Below are positions 18,955-28,455 of a stretch of DNA of 59,348 nucleotides, piece after piece (the first letter of the stretch is position 1; each line of letters starts with the position of its first letter). Position numbers and translations under genes: made by a program. The DNA is from Rhodocyclaceae bacterium (GTDB lineage: Bacteria; Pseudomonadota; Gammaproteobacteria; Burkholderiales; Rhodocyclaceae). The notes beneath the pieces are model-generated. The model was not told the origin of the DNA. It was given only the letters and a program-made list of their open reading frames with translations, and made no database searches. The DNA is taken from positions 1-59,348 of the forward strand of contig DASVZI010000063.1 of the NCBI GenBank assembly GCA_036391735.1. Reading direction: 5' to 3'.

Positions 18955-21900
18955 ATGACAGCATCGACGGGCGGTTCGCGCTTCGGCATCGCGATGGCGG
19001 CGGTCGTCTTGCGCTGCGCGTGGATCGTCGTCCTTGCTTTTGGTCTGTGGCAGGCCGCGTCGGCCGATACCTACAGCACTCCGGGTACTTATTCTTGGAC
19101 GGCGCCGGCAGGCGTGCTTGCCGTGCAAGTCGAAGCCTGGGGCGGTGGCGGCGGTGGCGGCGCGGCGTCCGGCGCGAACTCGGGTGGCGGCGGCGGCGCA
19201 GGTGGCCAATATGCTTTGGCGGCGAAGGTGCCGGTGGTGCCGGGCAACGTTTACACCATCGTGGTCGGCGCCGGGGGATCCGGTGGAACGATCACGGGCG
19301 GCAGCAGCAGCGGCAACGGCAGTGCTGGCGGCGATTCGAGCTTCGGCAGCGCGGGAGTAGTCTCCGTCATGGCCAAGGGGGGGGCCGGCGGTAAGGGAGC
19401 TAACGGCGCCGGTGTCGACAGCGGAGGTTCAGGCACCATCAATGGCGGTGTCGGCGGGACGGTGTATGCGGGAGGCGACGGCGCCTCGGGAACGACAACG
19501 CTATGGCTCTTCGTTACGGGCGGCGGCGGTGGCGGCGGCGGTGCCGGAAGCAATGGCGCCGGGGGCGACGCGTCGGGGCAGACCGGTGGTACCGGGACCT
19601 CCGTTGGCGGCGGCAGTGGTGGCACCGGTGCGGCGACGGCCGGCAGCGGCGGCAACGGCAGCCAGGCCGGCGGCGGTGGCGGGGGAGCCTTTCAGACGAG
19701 CAACGCCAAGAGTTCGGGAGGCAACGGCGCGCCCGGTCAGGTGGTCATCACGGTCCCCGCAAGGGCGCCAACGGCGACGACCGGCGCCGCTTCCGGGTTG
19801 AGCGGCAACAGCGTCACGCTGAACGGCACGGTCAGCAGCAATGGCGCGACGACGACGACCTATTTCGACTATGGCCCCACGACGAGCTACGGCAACCGGA
19901 TCCTGGCTACGCCGGCCTCCCTCGATGCCTCTGCGTCGAACACCGCGATCTCGCTGCCGCTGTCGGGGCTCGCGTGCAACGCCACGTATCACTTCCGAGC
20001 CGTCGCCACCAACTGGGTCGGGACGAGCACCGGCTCCGACGCGACTTTCACGACCGGCAACTGCTCGCTCACACTGACGAAGACCACCAGCACCACGTCC
20101 GCCTCGGTCGGCCAGTACATCGTATTCACCATCACGGCGGCAAACCCGAACGCCAGCGGCGACCTCGGGCCGCTGACGGTGACCGACAACCTGCCGACCG
20201 GCCTCAGCTACCAGAGCAGCTACGCCGAGCACGGCTCCGTGTCGTTGGATCCGATCACGGGCCAGACGGTGACCTGGAATCTGCAGACGCTGCCGGGCGG
20301 CAGCAGCGAAAGCCTGACCCTGGTCGTCATCCCGACGCAGAAGGGCAGCTATACGAACAGCGCATCATCGGGAAGCATCACCGCCACGGCGCCGGTCGTC
20401 GCCATCGGCGGCGCCTACGTGCATTACCGCATGGACGAGGCGGTCGGCACGTGGAACGGCACCACCGGGGAGGTCGCCGACTCGGGCGCCAAGCATCTGA
20501 ACGGAACGCGGACGAATACCGGGAGTACCTCGCAGTCCGATCCGATCACGCCCAGTCCCACGATCGCGTCCCAGTATCCGTCGGTGACCGGCGGCGGCTT
20601 CTGCAATGCCGGCGCGTTCGACGGCAAGACCATCGTGACGGTGCCGCACAGCGACTTCTTCCAGTTCACGACCAACATGTCATCCACCGCGTGGGTCTGG
20701 CCGAACAGTTGGCCGACCGGCTCCAGCGACCTTTATTCGATCCTGTCCAACGATGTGAACTATGAGTTCCACATCAATCAGCAGGGCAAGCTCTACTGGT
20801 GGTTCTACCTGAACGGGGTAGCTACCTCGATGACGTCCACCAAGACCATCCCGGTCGGTCAGTGGACCCATGTCGCCATCACCATGGACACCACCTCGGC
20901 GGCCAAGATCTACATCAACGGGGTGCTCGACTCGACCATGACGCTGAGCGGCGGCAAGACGCTGACCGCCAATCCCTGCGGCTTCTACCTGGGGGGCGAC
21001 ATCACGACCTCGAACCCGCCGGGCGCCAGCTGCAACTTGATCACGACGCGCGCCTTCCAGGGCAAGATCGACGAGGCGAAGATCTACGACTACACCCTGG
21101 GCCCGACCGAGATCACCGCCGATATGAACCAGGGACGCCAGTGCGCCGGCAGCTATTTCGACCATATCGAGCTGGACTACGACGGCGCCGCCTCCACCTG
21201 CGCTTCGAAGACGGTGGCGGTGAAAGCCTGCATGGACTCGGGCTGCACCTCCCTGTATACCAACCCGGTCACCGTCACGCTGTCGCCCGCCGGCGTGTGG
21301 GGCACCAATCCGTTGACCATCAATGGCGTCGGTACGGCGCTAATCGATGCCTCGAAGCTCGGCGGTGCCGGCACGATTACGATCGGCACCAGCGCCACGA
21401 GTCCCGCGGGCAACAACGCGACTGTTTGCTACAACAACGGGTCGCCCTCGACCTGCAGCGTCAGCGTGGTGGTGCCGGCCTCCTGCCCGTTCGACGCCGT
21501 CGAGACGAGCGCCAATCCCTTCACGCACCTGTACACCAAGCTGTCGGGAACCCAGTTCAACGTCGATGTGCTGGCGCTGAACGGCAATTCGCTGAACTAC
21601 AACTTCGTCGGTCCGGTGGCCGTCGACCTGGTCGATGCGACGACCAGCAGCTGTCCGCAGGGTGCCGGATTGACGCCGGCGCAAACAGTGAATTTCGAAG
21701 CCAAGAACTTCGGCCGCCAGATCGCGACCTTCAATTATTCGGATGCCTGGCCGAACGTGCGGGTACGGATGAAGGGCGGCTCGCCGAGCGTGTCCGGCTA
21801 TGTCTGCTCCTACGACAACTTCGCGGTGCGCCCGCCGAACGTGAACCTGGCGACGGTGGAGCCCATGGGCACGCCGCCGTCGCCGACGGACGCGAATACC

Positions 21901-23271
21901 GTGAAAGCCGGAAAAGCCTTCACGCTGCGCGCGACGGGACCGGCGAGCTACAACGGGACGCTTACCCTGGATGCGACCCGGCTCACCGCCCAGGATCCGA
22001 TGAACGCGGCTATCGCCAGCGGCGGCATCGTCGGCACCCTCCAGCCCGCTTCGCTGACCGGCAACGACACGACGACGACGGGGAATGCGAGCTACACCGA
22101 AGTCGGCTATCTCTATCTGGCGAACGGCGCCTATCTCGACCGCGCGTTCACGGCCGTCGATCGCGCCAACGGCGACTGCGTGACGACCACCGGCACCGGC
22201 GACCCCAACCTGTCCAACACGCTCAGCGGCGGCCAGTACGGGTGCGACGTCGGCTCGGCCGCGGCCTCGCTCGGGCGCTTCATCCCCGACCATTTCAATA
22301 CGGTCACGCTCGGCACCATGGACTGTCCGGCGGGGCTCACCTGTCCGACCGGAAGCGGCATTGCCTACTCGGGGCAGTCGCTGGGGCCGATCAGTAGCGG
22401 CACGCCGCCCACGGTCATCCGCGTGCCGCTCAGCGTGAATGCCGCCGCCGCCGGCGGCACGACGACGCAGAACTACGCCGGCAGCTTCGCCAGCGACGTG
22501 ACGCTCGCCATCTACGACGCCGCGGGCAGCACCGCGACCGCCAACGCCTCGAAGGGCACGTTGGCGCCGACGCTGGTCGCCGCCGCAAGCTTCAACAAGC
22601 AGCCCCCTTCCGGAACCCCAGTTACCAAGACGGGCGGCGTGGCGCAGCCGGCGCCCAGCTTCAGCTTCACCAACTGGCCAACTACGCCGACGGACATCTA
22701 CTTCCGTGCGACGGCGGCCGCCGACGCCATCACGTCGCTGCAATCGCCCGCTGCCAATTCCGTCGAGGGCGGCATCAAGATCGTTACCGGCCGCTTGAAG
22801 ATATCGAATGCGACGGGCGCCGAGACGGGGTCGCTGCCGCTGCCGGTGCCGGTCGAGGCGGACTTCTGGAGCGGTTTGGCGTGGGTATGGAACAGTAGCG
22901 ACAACGTGACGAGTTTGAACAGCGGGTCCATAAACCTTGTGGCGCCATCTGCCGGGCAGTCTGTGTTCGGCAAAACGAGCGTAACCGATGTCACCCAGAC
23001 GGCTAAGGGGAAATGGACCATCGGACTATCCCGCCCGGGCGCCCACAACGTCGGCAGCGTGGACCTGGCGATCGATCTCGGCAACACCCTGCAGGATAAC
23101 TCCTGCCTGACGAGCCATGCCAACGTGACGACTGCCGGCGCCATCCCCTGGCTGCGCGGCAGCTGGTGCTCGAGCATCACTGCCGGCCAGGCCGATCCTT
23201 CCGCGCGCGCCACCTTCGGCATCTACACGCCGGAGAACCGCCGTCAGGTCCATGTGCGTGAGCTCTATTGA
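18955..23271 (+). CDS. mshQ: MshQ-like giant pilus-associated protein (signal anchor, Gly-rich region, DUF11-like repeat, LamG domain)
   Basis: 1438 aa from ATG after GGGAGGAGG; the supplied ORF starts upstream at 18670 by overlap artifact; LamG-like segment (FDGKTIVTVPHSDFFQF...GQWTHVAITMD...IYINGVLD...GKIDEAKIYDYTL); position upstream of the minor pilins. Confidence 0.8.
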   Translation: MTASTGGSRFGIAMAAVVLRCAWIVVLAFGLWQAASADTYSTPGTYSWTAPAGVLAVQVEAWGGGGGGGAASGANSGGGGGAGGQYALAAKVPVVPGNVYTIVVGAGGSGGTITGGSSSGNGSAGGDSSFGSAGVVSVMAKGGAGGKGANGAGVDSGGSGTINGGVGGTVYAGGDGASGTTTLWLFVTGGGGGGGGAGSNGAGGDASGQTGGTGTSVGGGSGGTGAATAGSGGNGSQAGGGGGGAFQTSNAKSSGGNGAPGQVVITVPARAPTATTGAASGLSGNSVTLNGTVSSNGATTTTYFDYGPTTSYGNRILATPASLDASASNTAISLPLSGLACNATYHFRAVATNWVGTSTGSDATFTTGNCSLTLTKTTSTTSASVGQYIVFTITAANPNASGDLGPLTVTDNLPTGLSYQSSYAEHGSVSLDPITGQTVTWNLQTLPGGSSESLTLVVIPTQKGSYTNSASSGSITATAPVVAIGGAYVHYRMDEAVGTWNGTTGEVADSGAKHLNGTRTNTGSTSQSDPITPSPTIASQYPSVTGGGFCNAGAFDGKTIVTVPHSDFFQFTTNMSSTAWVWPNSWPTGSSDLYSILSNDVNYEFHINQQGKLYWWFYLNGVATSMTSTKTIPVGQWTHVAITMDTTSAAKIYINGVLDSTMTLSGGKTLTANPCGFYLGGDITTSNPPGASCNLITTRAFQGKIDEAKIYDYTLGPTEITADMNQGRQCAGSYFDHIELDYDGAASTCASKTVAVKACMDSGCTSLYTNPVTVTLSPAGVWGTNPLTINGVGTALIDASKLGGAGTITIGTSATSPAGNNATVCYNNGSPSTCSVSVVVPASCPFDAVETSANPFTHLYTKLSGTQFNVDVLALNGNSLNYNFVGPVAVDLVDATTSSCPQGAGLTPAQTVNFEAKNFGRQIATFNYSDAWPNVRVRMKGGSPSVSGYVCSYDNFAVRPPNVNLATVEPMGTPPSPTDANTVKAGKAFTLRATGPASYNGTLTLDATRLTAQDPMNAAIASGGIVGTLQPASLTGNDTTTTGNASYTEVGYLYLANGAYLDRAFTAVDRANGDCVTTTGTGDPNLSNTLSGGQYGCDVGSAAASLGRFIPDHFNTVTLGTMDCPAGLTCPTGSGIAYSGQSLGPISSGTPPTVIRVPLSVNAAAAGGTTTQNYAGSFASDVTLAIYDAAGSTATANASKGTLAPTLVAAASFNKQPPSGTPVTKTGGVAQPAPSFSFTNWPTTPTDIYFRATAAADAITSLQSPAANSVEGGIKIVTGRLKISNATGAETGSLPLPVPVEADFWSGLAWVWNSSDNVTSLNSGSINLVAPSAGQSVFGKTSVTDVTQTAKGKWTIGLSRPGAHNVGSVDLAIDLGNTLQDNSCLTSHANVTTAGAIPWLRGSWCSSITAGQADPSARATFGIYTPENRRQVHVRELY
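19130..19730. repeat. GGC/GGT glycine-codon low-complexity repeat tract inside mshQ
   Basis: Runs such as ggcggtggcggcggtggcggc encoding GGGGGGG/GGxGG repeats (about 200 codons, roughly 55 percent Gly). Confidence 0.7.
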
Positions 23272-23272
23272 A

Positions 23273-23749
23273 ATGGGCGGACGCCAGGGCGGATTCACGA
23301 TGGTCGAGCTGATCGTGGTCGTGGTGCTGCTCGGCATCGTGGCCATCATGGCGCTGCCCAAACTCGGCGACATGAACGATTACCGCGCGCTGTCCTTTCG
23401 CGACCGGCTGGCGGCCGAACTCCGCTATGCGCAAAAGACGGCGACCAGCCATCGCCGCGTCGTCTGCATCAAGTTCATCAGCGCTTCGATGACCATGACC
23501 CTGTCGGTCGCCACCGCCTCGGGCTCGGGTATGGCGTGCACCGCCCTGCTGCCGCTGCCCGATGGATCGAGCGGCGTCACCAGTCCCAATGTCGGCAGCG
23601 TGACGCTGGTCGGCATGCCGGCGGTGACCTACGTTCAGCCCGACGGACGCTTCACCAGGGACCTGGCCGGCACGACAAACGCCAGCCTCAGCCTCAGCGT
23701 GAACGGGCTGCCCCTCAGCGTCGAAGGATCCACTGGCTATGTCAATTAG
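23273..23749 (+). CDS. prepilin-type minor pilin/pseudopilin (GspH/MshC-like)
   Basis: Leader MGGRQGG then FTMVELIVVVVLLGI; starts 1 nt after mshQ stop. Confidence 0.7.
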   Translation: MGGRQGGFTMVELIVVVVLLGIVAIMALPKLGDMNDYRALSFRDRLAAELRYAQKTATSHRRVVCIKFISASMTMTLSVATASGSGMACTALLPLPDGSSGVTSPNVGSVTLVGMPAVTYVQPDGRFTRDLAGTTNASLSLSVNGLPLSVEGSTGYVN

Positions 23750-24215
23750 GCGGATGTCCGGATTCACGCTGATCGAGCTGGTCGTCGCGATCATCGTCAT
23801 CTCGGTCGGGCTTGCCGGCGTGCTGGGGGCGTTTCAGGCGGTGGTGCGCAACTCGGCCGATCCCCTGGTGGAGAAGCAGATGCTGGCGCTGGCCGAGCAA
23901 ATGATGGAAGAGGTGATGCTGAAGCCCTATGCAACCGGCGCGGGTTCGATCACCGGCTGCAACCGGTCTGCCGCCGACGACATCTTCGACTACAACGGCT
24001 ACAGTTCGGTCACCTGCACCATCGATGGAACACCCTCGGGGCCGCCCCTGGACGGCTACACGACGGCGGTGTCCGTGGTGCCGGCGGCGCTGGGCGCGAT
24101 CCCGGCGGGGGCGACGGGAGCGACGGCCGCGCAGATCAGCGTCACGGTGAGCCATGGAGGCCAGAACGTGACGCTGCGCGGCTGGCGCGCCAATTACGCG
24201 GCGAACCTGCCATGA
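23739..24215 (+). CDS. prepilin-type minor pilin (PilV/MshD-like)
   Basis: Leader MSIRRMSG then FTLIELVVAIIVISVGLAG; 11-nt overlap with the upstream gene. Confidence 0.7.
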   Translation: MSIRRMSGFTLIELVVAIIVISVGLAGVLGAFQAVVRNSADPLVEKQMLALAEQMMEEVMLKPYATGAGSITGCNRSAADDIFDYNGYSSVTCTIDGTPSGPPLDGYTTAVSVVPAALGAIPAGATGATAAQISVTVSHGGQNVTLRGWRANYAANLP

Positions 24216-25126
24216 GAATGCGCCGCGGCTTCACTCTCGTCGAACTGATCGTGGTCATCGCCGTGACCGGCGTGCTGGCGACTTCGGTGACCATGTTCCT
24301 GCTTCCGGCGATCAACAATTACTTCGACACCAAGCGGCGCGCGAACCTGACCGACATGGCGGATACCGCGCTGCGCCGCATGAGCCAGGACATCCGCCGC
24401 GCCGTGCCGAATTCCGTGGTCGTCATCGCGCCGCAGGCCGGGGACTCCTTCACAGCCTGCTTCAGCCTGGTGCCGACCTCGTTCGGGGGCCGCTATCGCA
24501 CGGCGCCGGACACGGCGAACGATGCATCCACTTGCACCTACACCAGCCCGTCCGCCACCTGCAGCCAGCCGATGATGTCCGGCCTGAAGGCGACGGACAT
24601 CCCGGCTTTCGACGTCTTGACGATGTCTCCCACGCCTTCCGCCACCAGTCCGTCGGTCAACGACTTCGTGGTGATCGGCAACCAGAACGGCAACGACGTT
24701 TATGTCGGAAGCGATCGCAGCGCAATCGCGACCCTCGGCACCCCGCGCACGACGGACGGCATGCTGCGCGTCACCATGGCCGCGGGCACGTCGCCGCTGC
24801 CGATCGGCTACGACCAGGGTCGCTTCGTCATCGTGGCTCAGGGGGAGCAGGTGGTCTATTACAGCTGCAGCGGTAACCAGCTGCTGCGCAACGTCGCAAC
24901 CTTCGCGGCGTTCAAGGCCAACAGTCGGGCCGGTTGCGGCGCCGGCGTGCCGGTGGCCTCGGTGCAGGCGAAGGTCGCCGGCGACGGCGTCAGTTGCACC
25001 GTCACCTACGATCCGGGCGCCACGGTCACCGAGCAGAACGGCCTGGTATGGATGAACGTCTCGCTCACGGAGAGCGGCGAAGCGGTCGCGCTCTCCCACA
25101 GCACGAACGTTCCCAACGTGCCATGA
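24212..25126 (+). CDS. prepilin-type pilus assembly protein (MshO/PilW-like)
   Basis: MRMRRG then FTLVELIVVIAVTGVLA; 304 aa; ATGA coupling. Confidence 0.65.
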   Translation: MRMRRGFTLVELIVVIAVTGVLATSVTMFLLPAINNYFDTKRRANLTDMADTALRRMSQDIRRAVPNSVVVIAPQAGDSFTACFSLVPTSFGGRYRTAPDTANDASTCTYTSPSATCSQPMMSGLKATDIPAFDVLTMSPTPSATSPSVNDFVVIGNQNGNDVYVGSDRSAIATLGTPRTTDGMLRVTMAAGTSPLPIGYDQGRFVIVAQGEQVVYYSCSGNQLLRNVATFAAFKANSRAGCGAGVPVASVQAKVAGDGVSCTVTYDPGATVTEQNGLVWMNVSLTESGEAVALSHSTNVPNVP

Positions 25127-25650
25127 AGACGCGGCAGCAAGGCTTCGGCGTCATCGCCGCCCTCGTCGTCGTGGTCATGCTGGCGGTGCTGGCCGCGGCG
25201 ATCGTCGCCATCGGCATCGTCCAGCAGACCTCGCTGGCGCAGGATGTCCAGTCGGCGCGGGCCTGGCAGGCGGCGCGCTCGGGCACCGAGTGGGGCGTCT
25301 ACCAGGCGCTGCAGGCGCCCACCCTGAGTCCCGCCGGAACGGGTATCTGGGCGCTCGGCGCGGCAAGCGACATCTGCCCCGCCGGCGGCGCCCTGGGCCA
25401 CGGCACGGACGGCAAGACCACGCTCGACCTCACTGCCGCGACCGGCTTTTACGTGACCGTGACCGGGCAATGCTGGCGCTACAGCGAGGGGCTGGATTCG
25501 TCCCCCAGCGTCCAGCAGCACCTGACCCTGGTCTACCGGATCCAGGCGACGGCCTGCCCGGTGTCCACCGGTTGTCCTGCGACCGCCGGTGCCCAGGTCT
25601 CTTCCGTCGGTTACGTCGAGCGCAGCCGCGTGGTCGTCGTGACCAATTGA
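25123..25650 (+). CDS. prepilin-like minor pilin (MshP/PilX-like)
   Basis: MKTRQQG then FGVIAALVVVVMLAVLAA; ATGA overlap with the upstream gene. Confidence 0.55.
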   Translation: MKTRQQGFGVIAALVVVVMLAVLAAAIVAIGIVQQTSLAQDVQSARAWQAARSGTEWGVYQALQAPTLSPAGTGIWALGAASDICPAGGALGHGTDGKTTLDLTAATGFYVTVTGQCWRYSEGLDSSPSVQQHLTLVYRIQATACPVSTGCPATAGAQVSSVGYVERSRVVVVTN

Positions 25651-25732
25651 AATGGCGGGCTTTCCGGGGCCCATCGGGGGAGTCCCTATTTCCTTTAAGT
25701 GATATGATCGACGCCAATTTTCAATCAGACTG

Positions 25733-26677
25733 TTGCGCGTGATGTGGCCTCGACGTAGCCAGAAAGCACAAAGCGACAACTGGGTGGCGGTGGTCTTTTC
25801 TCCGGGAGCCGTAAGCCTTGCCGACGTTCGGCTGGGCGCAGACGGGCGCCCGAAAATCGTGGCCTGGGAGTCGGAAGCCCTCGAGGGTGGGGAACTCGAG
25901 GCTGCCAAACGCTTGCGCGCTCGGATCGGTGGCCGCTGCACGACGCTGCTGCGGCACGGCGAATACCAGATCGTCCAAGTCGAGGCTCCCCAGGTGCCCG
26001 CCGAGGAGCGGCGCGACGCCGCGCGCTGGCGCATCAAGGAAATGGTCGAGTTCCCGGTCGACCAGGCGGGCGTCGACGTCATCGACATTCCCGGCGGCGG
26101 CGGTGCCGGGCGCGGACCGCAAGTGTTCGTCGTCGCCGCCAGCTACGCGGTGCTGACGCCCCGCATACGCCTGTTCCAGGACGCCAGGATCCCGCTGGCC
26201 GCGGTCGATATTCCCGAGCTCGCGCAACGCAACATCGCGGCGCTGTTCGAGGAGGAGGGGCGCGGCCTGGCGCTGCTGAGCTTCGACGAGGACGGCGGCA
26301 GGCTGGTGTTCTGCTACAAGCAGGAGCTGTTTGCCACGCGCCGAATCGACGTCGCGCTGTCGGAACTTCTCGCGCGCGGGGCGCAGGCGCCGGGCGGCAT
26401 CTTCGAGCGCGTGCTGCTCGACGTCCAGCGCTCGCTCGACAACTTCGACCGCAACTTCAGCTTCATCACGCTCTCGAAGCTGCTCGTCGCGCCGATGCCC
26501 GGCGCGGACGCCTTCGTCGAATACCTGAAATCCAATCTGTACCAGCCGGTGGAATTGCTGGATCTCGGCGCCGCCGTCGACCTGACGGCAGTGCCTGCCC
26601 TCGCCAGTGTCGAACAGCAGGGCCGCGCGCTGCTGGCGATCGGCGCCGCACTGCGCCGCGAGGGTGCCTCCGCATGA
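25733..26677 (+). CDS. mshI: MSHA biogenesis protein, PilM-like actin-fold portion of MshI
   Basis: 314 aa cytoplasmic ATPase-like fold; precedes a PilN-like gene. Confidence 0.7.
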   Translation: MRVMWPRRSQKAQSDNWVAVVFSPGAVSLADVRLGADGRPKIVAWESEALEGGELEAAKRLRARIGGRCTTLLRHGEYQIVQVEAPQVPAEERRDAARWRIKEMVEFPVDQAGVDVIDIPGGGGAGRGPQVFVVAASYAVLTPRIRLFQDARIPLAAVDIPELAQRNIAALFEEEGRGLALLSFDEDGGRLVFCYKQELFATRRIDVALSELLARGAQAPGGIFERVLLDVQRSLDNFDRNFSFITLSKLLVAPMPGADAFVEYLKSNLYQPVELLDLGAAVDLTAVPALASVEQQGRALLAIGAALRREGASA

Positions 26678-27375
26678 GCCAGCAGATCAACCTGTTCGAT
26701 CCGGCGCTGCTGCGCAAGCGCGAGTTGTTGACAGCCCTCAACCTGGCCGTGGCGTCCGGCGCGCTGGTCGCGCTGCTGTTCGCGTGGGGCGCATGGTCGC
26801 GCGCACGACTCGGCGGGCTGGAGGCGGAAAGCGCCCAGGTGCGGCCGCAGGCGATGGCCCTGCAGGCGCAGAAGGACGCCATGGGCGCCCAGCTGCAGGC
26901 GATGAAGCCCGACGCCAAGCTGGAGGCCGACCTGGCCGCCGCGCAGGCGATGCTGGAATTGCGCAGCAAGCAGATGGGCGAGCTGAAGAAGGGCGTCAGC
27001 CCCGAGGCCGGCGGCTTCGCCGAGTACCTGCGCGGGCTGGCGCGCCAGACGCCGAACGGGCTTTGGCTGACGGGCTTCGACATCAAGGACAGCGGCGCGT
27101 CGATGGAAATCAGCGGCCGCATGACCGATCCGGCGCTGCTCGCCGATTACATCCGGCGCCTGGATGCCGAGCCGGCCTTCAAGGGCCGCGAGTTCGCTTC
27201 GCTGAAAGTGGGCGCCGGCAAGCTGGACGGGCAGCCCAGCGCAGATGGCAAGCAGGCTGCCGCGGCGGAACCGTCCGGGCCGCCGCCCTTCTACGAATTC
27301 ACCTTGACGCCGCAGAAGCGGCCGGCCGCGACGGGCGTGCCGGGGACACCAGGGGCCGCCGGAGGACAGCGATGA
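26674..27375 (+). CDS. PilN-like membrane protein (second MshI part)
   Basis: Single TM (LNLAVASGALVALLFAWGAW) plus periplasmic coiled coil; ATGA overlap. Confidence 0.65.
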   Translation: MSQQINLFDPALLRKRELLTALNLAVASGALVALLFAWGAWSRARLGGLEAESAQVRPQAMALQAQKDAMGAQLQAMKPDAKLEADLAAAQAMLELRSKQMGELKKGVSPEAGGFAEYLRGLARQTPNGLWLTGFDIKDSGASMEISGRMTDPALLADYIRRLDAEPAFKGREFASLKVGAGKLDGQPSADGKQAAAAEPSGPPPFYEFTLTPQKRPAATGVPGTPGAAGGQR

Positions 27376-28061
27376 AAGCGCGTTGGCAGGCCCTCGAGGC
27401 CAAGTTCGCAGCGCTCCAGCAGCGCGAGAAGATCGTGGTGTCCGCCGCGACGGTGCTGGGCGTGGTCATGCTCGGTTACCAGTTCTGGGTCGATCCCGCC
27501 GCTTCGCGCGCCTCGACGCTGCAAGCGCAACTGGCGAAGGACAAGGTCGCCATCGTCGCCGATCAGGCCGAGGTCGCGAGGCTCACTGCCCAGATCAAGG
27601 ACCGCGATGCGCCGAATCGCGAGGCGCTTGCGAAGGTGAAGGCCGATCTGGCCGAAGTCGATCGGCAGCTTCAGGAGTACGAGCGCGTGCTGCTGCCGCC
27701 GGAGCGCGTCCAGGAAGTGCTGCGCTCCATGCTGACGCGCCACAAGGGGCTCGACCTTTTAAGCCTGCAGACGCTGGCGCCGGCGCCCCTGGTGGCGGAG
27801 AGCGAGCCGCCTGCGGATGCGAAGGGAGCGGCGCCCAAGACGCCGCCGGCGGGCAAGAGCGACAGCATCCATCGGCAGGGCATCGAGATCCGCATCGCCG
27901 GCAACTATCTCGACCTGCTCGCCTACGTGGCGGAACTGGAACAGCTGCCGCAGAAGATGCTGTGGGGAAACATGACGCTGCGCGTCACCGCGTATCCGAC
28001 GAGCGAACTGACGCTCACGGTGTATACGCTGAGCCCCGACTCGCGATGGCTGGTGGTCTGA
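27372..28061 (+). CDS. mshJ: PilO-like MSHA biogenesis protein
   Basis: N-terminal TM, coiled coil, PilO-like C-terminal domain; in-frame internal start of ORF 26607..28061. Confidence 0.65.
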   Translation: MKARWQALEAKFAALQQREKIVVSAATVLGVVMLGYQFWVDPAASRASTLQAQLAKDKVAIVADQAEVARLTAQIKDRDAPNREALAKVKADLAEVDRQLQEYERVLLPPERVQEVLRSMLTRHKGLDLLSLQTLAPAPLVAESEPPADAKGAAPKTPPAGKSDSIHRQGIEIRIAGNYLDLLAYVAELEQLPQKMLWGNMTLRVTAYPTSELTLTVYTLSPDSRWLVV

Positions 28062-28062
28062 C

Positions 28063-28455
28063 ATGAAGACGAACATCATCGCGCCGATCGCCGCCGCCCT
28101 GGCTTTCGCGCTGGCCGGCGCCGCGCGCGCCGATGCGCTGCCGGATCCGACGCGGCCGCCGGCCACGCTGGGCGGCGCCGCGGCCGACGGCGCAGCCGAT
28201 GGGCCGAGCCTGCAATCGATCATTCGCAGCAACGTCGGCCGGCCGGCCGCGATCATCAGCGGCGAATACGTGGTACTGGGAGGCCGGGTTGGAGACGCCC
28301 GCCTGGTGAGGATAGGCGAGGATTCCGTGACGCTCAGGACGGCGACGGGCTCCGAGACCCTCACGCTGGCGCCCGGTGTTGAAAAGAAAGCGGTGGCGGA
28401 TCGCCGGAAGGAATCCGACAGCATCCGAAAGAATCGCAAAGAGGTGACCCAATGA
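28063..28455 (+). CDS. mshK: PilP-like lipoprotein of the MSHA system
   Basis: Signal peptide, small beta-rich product; precedes the secretin. Confidence 0.6.
   Translation: MKTNIIAPIAAALAFALAGAARADALPDPTRPPATLGGAAADGAADGPSLQSIIRSNVGRPAAIISGEYVVLGGRVGDARLVRIGEDSVTLRTATGSETLTLAPGVEKKAVADRRKESDSIRKNRKEVTQ

Noticed and set aside
16620-18989. 789-aa ORF antisense to the TPR/GT41 gene
   Set aside because: Arg/Ala/Gly-rich low-complexity translation typical of the antisense frame of high-GC coding DNA; the sense-strand product has clear domain signatures.
19251-19655. Proline-rich 134-aa ORF on the minus strand
   Set aside because: It is the reverse-complement reading (CCN) of the GGN glycine-codon repeat tract inside mshQ.
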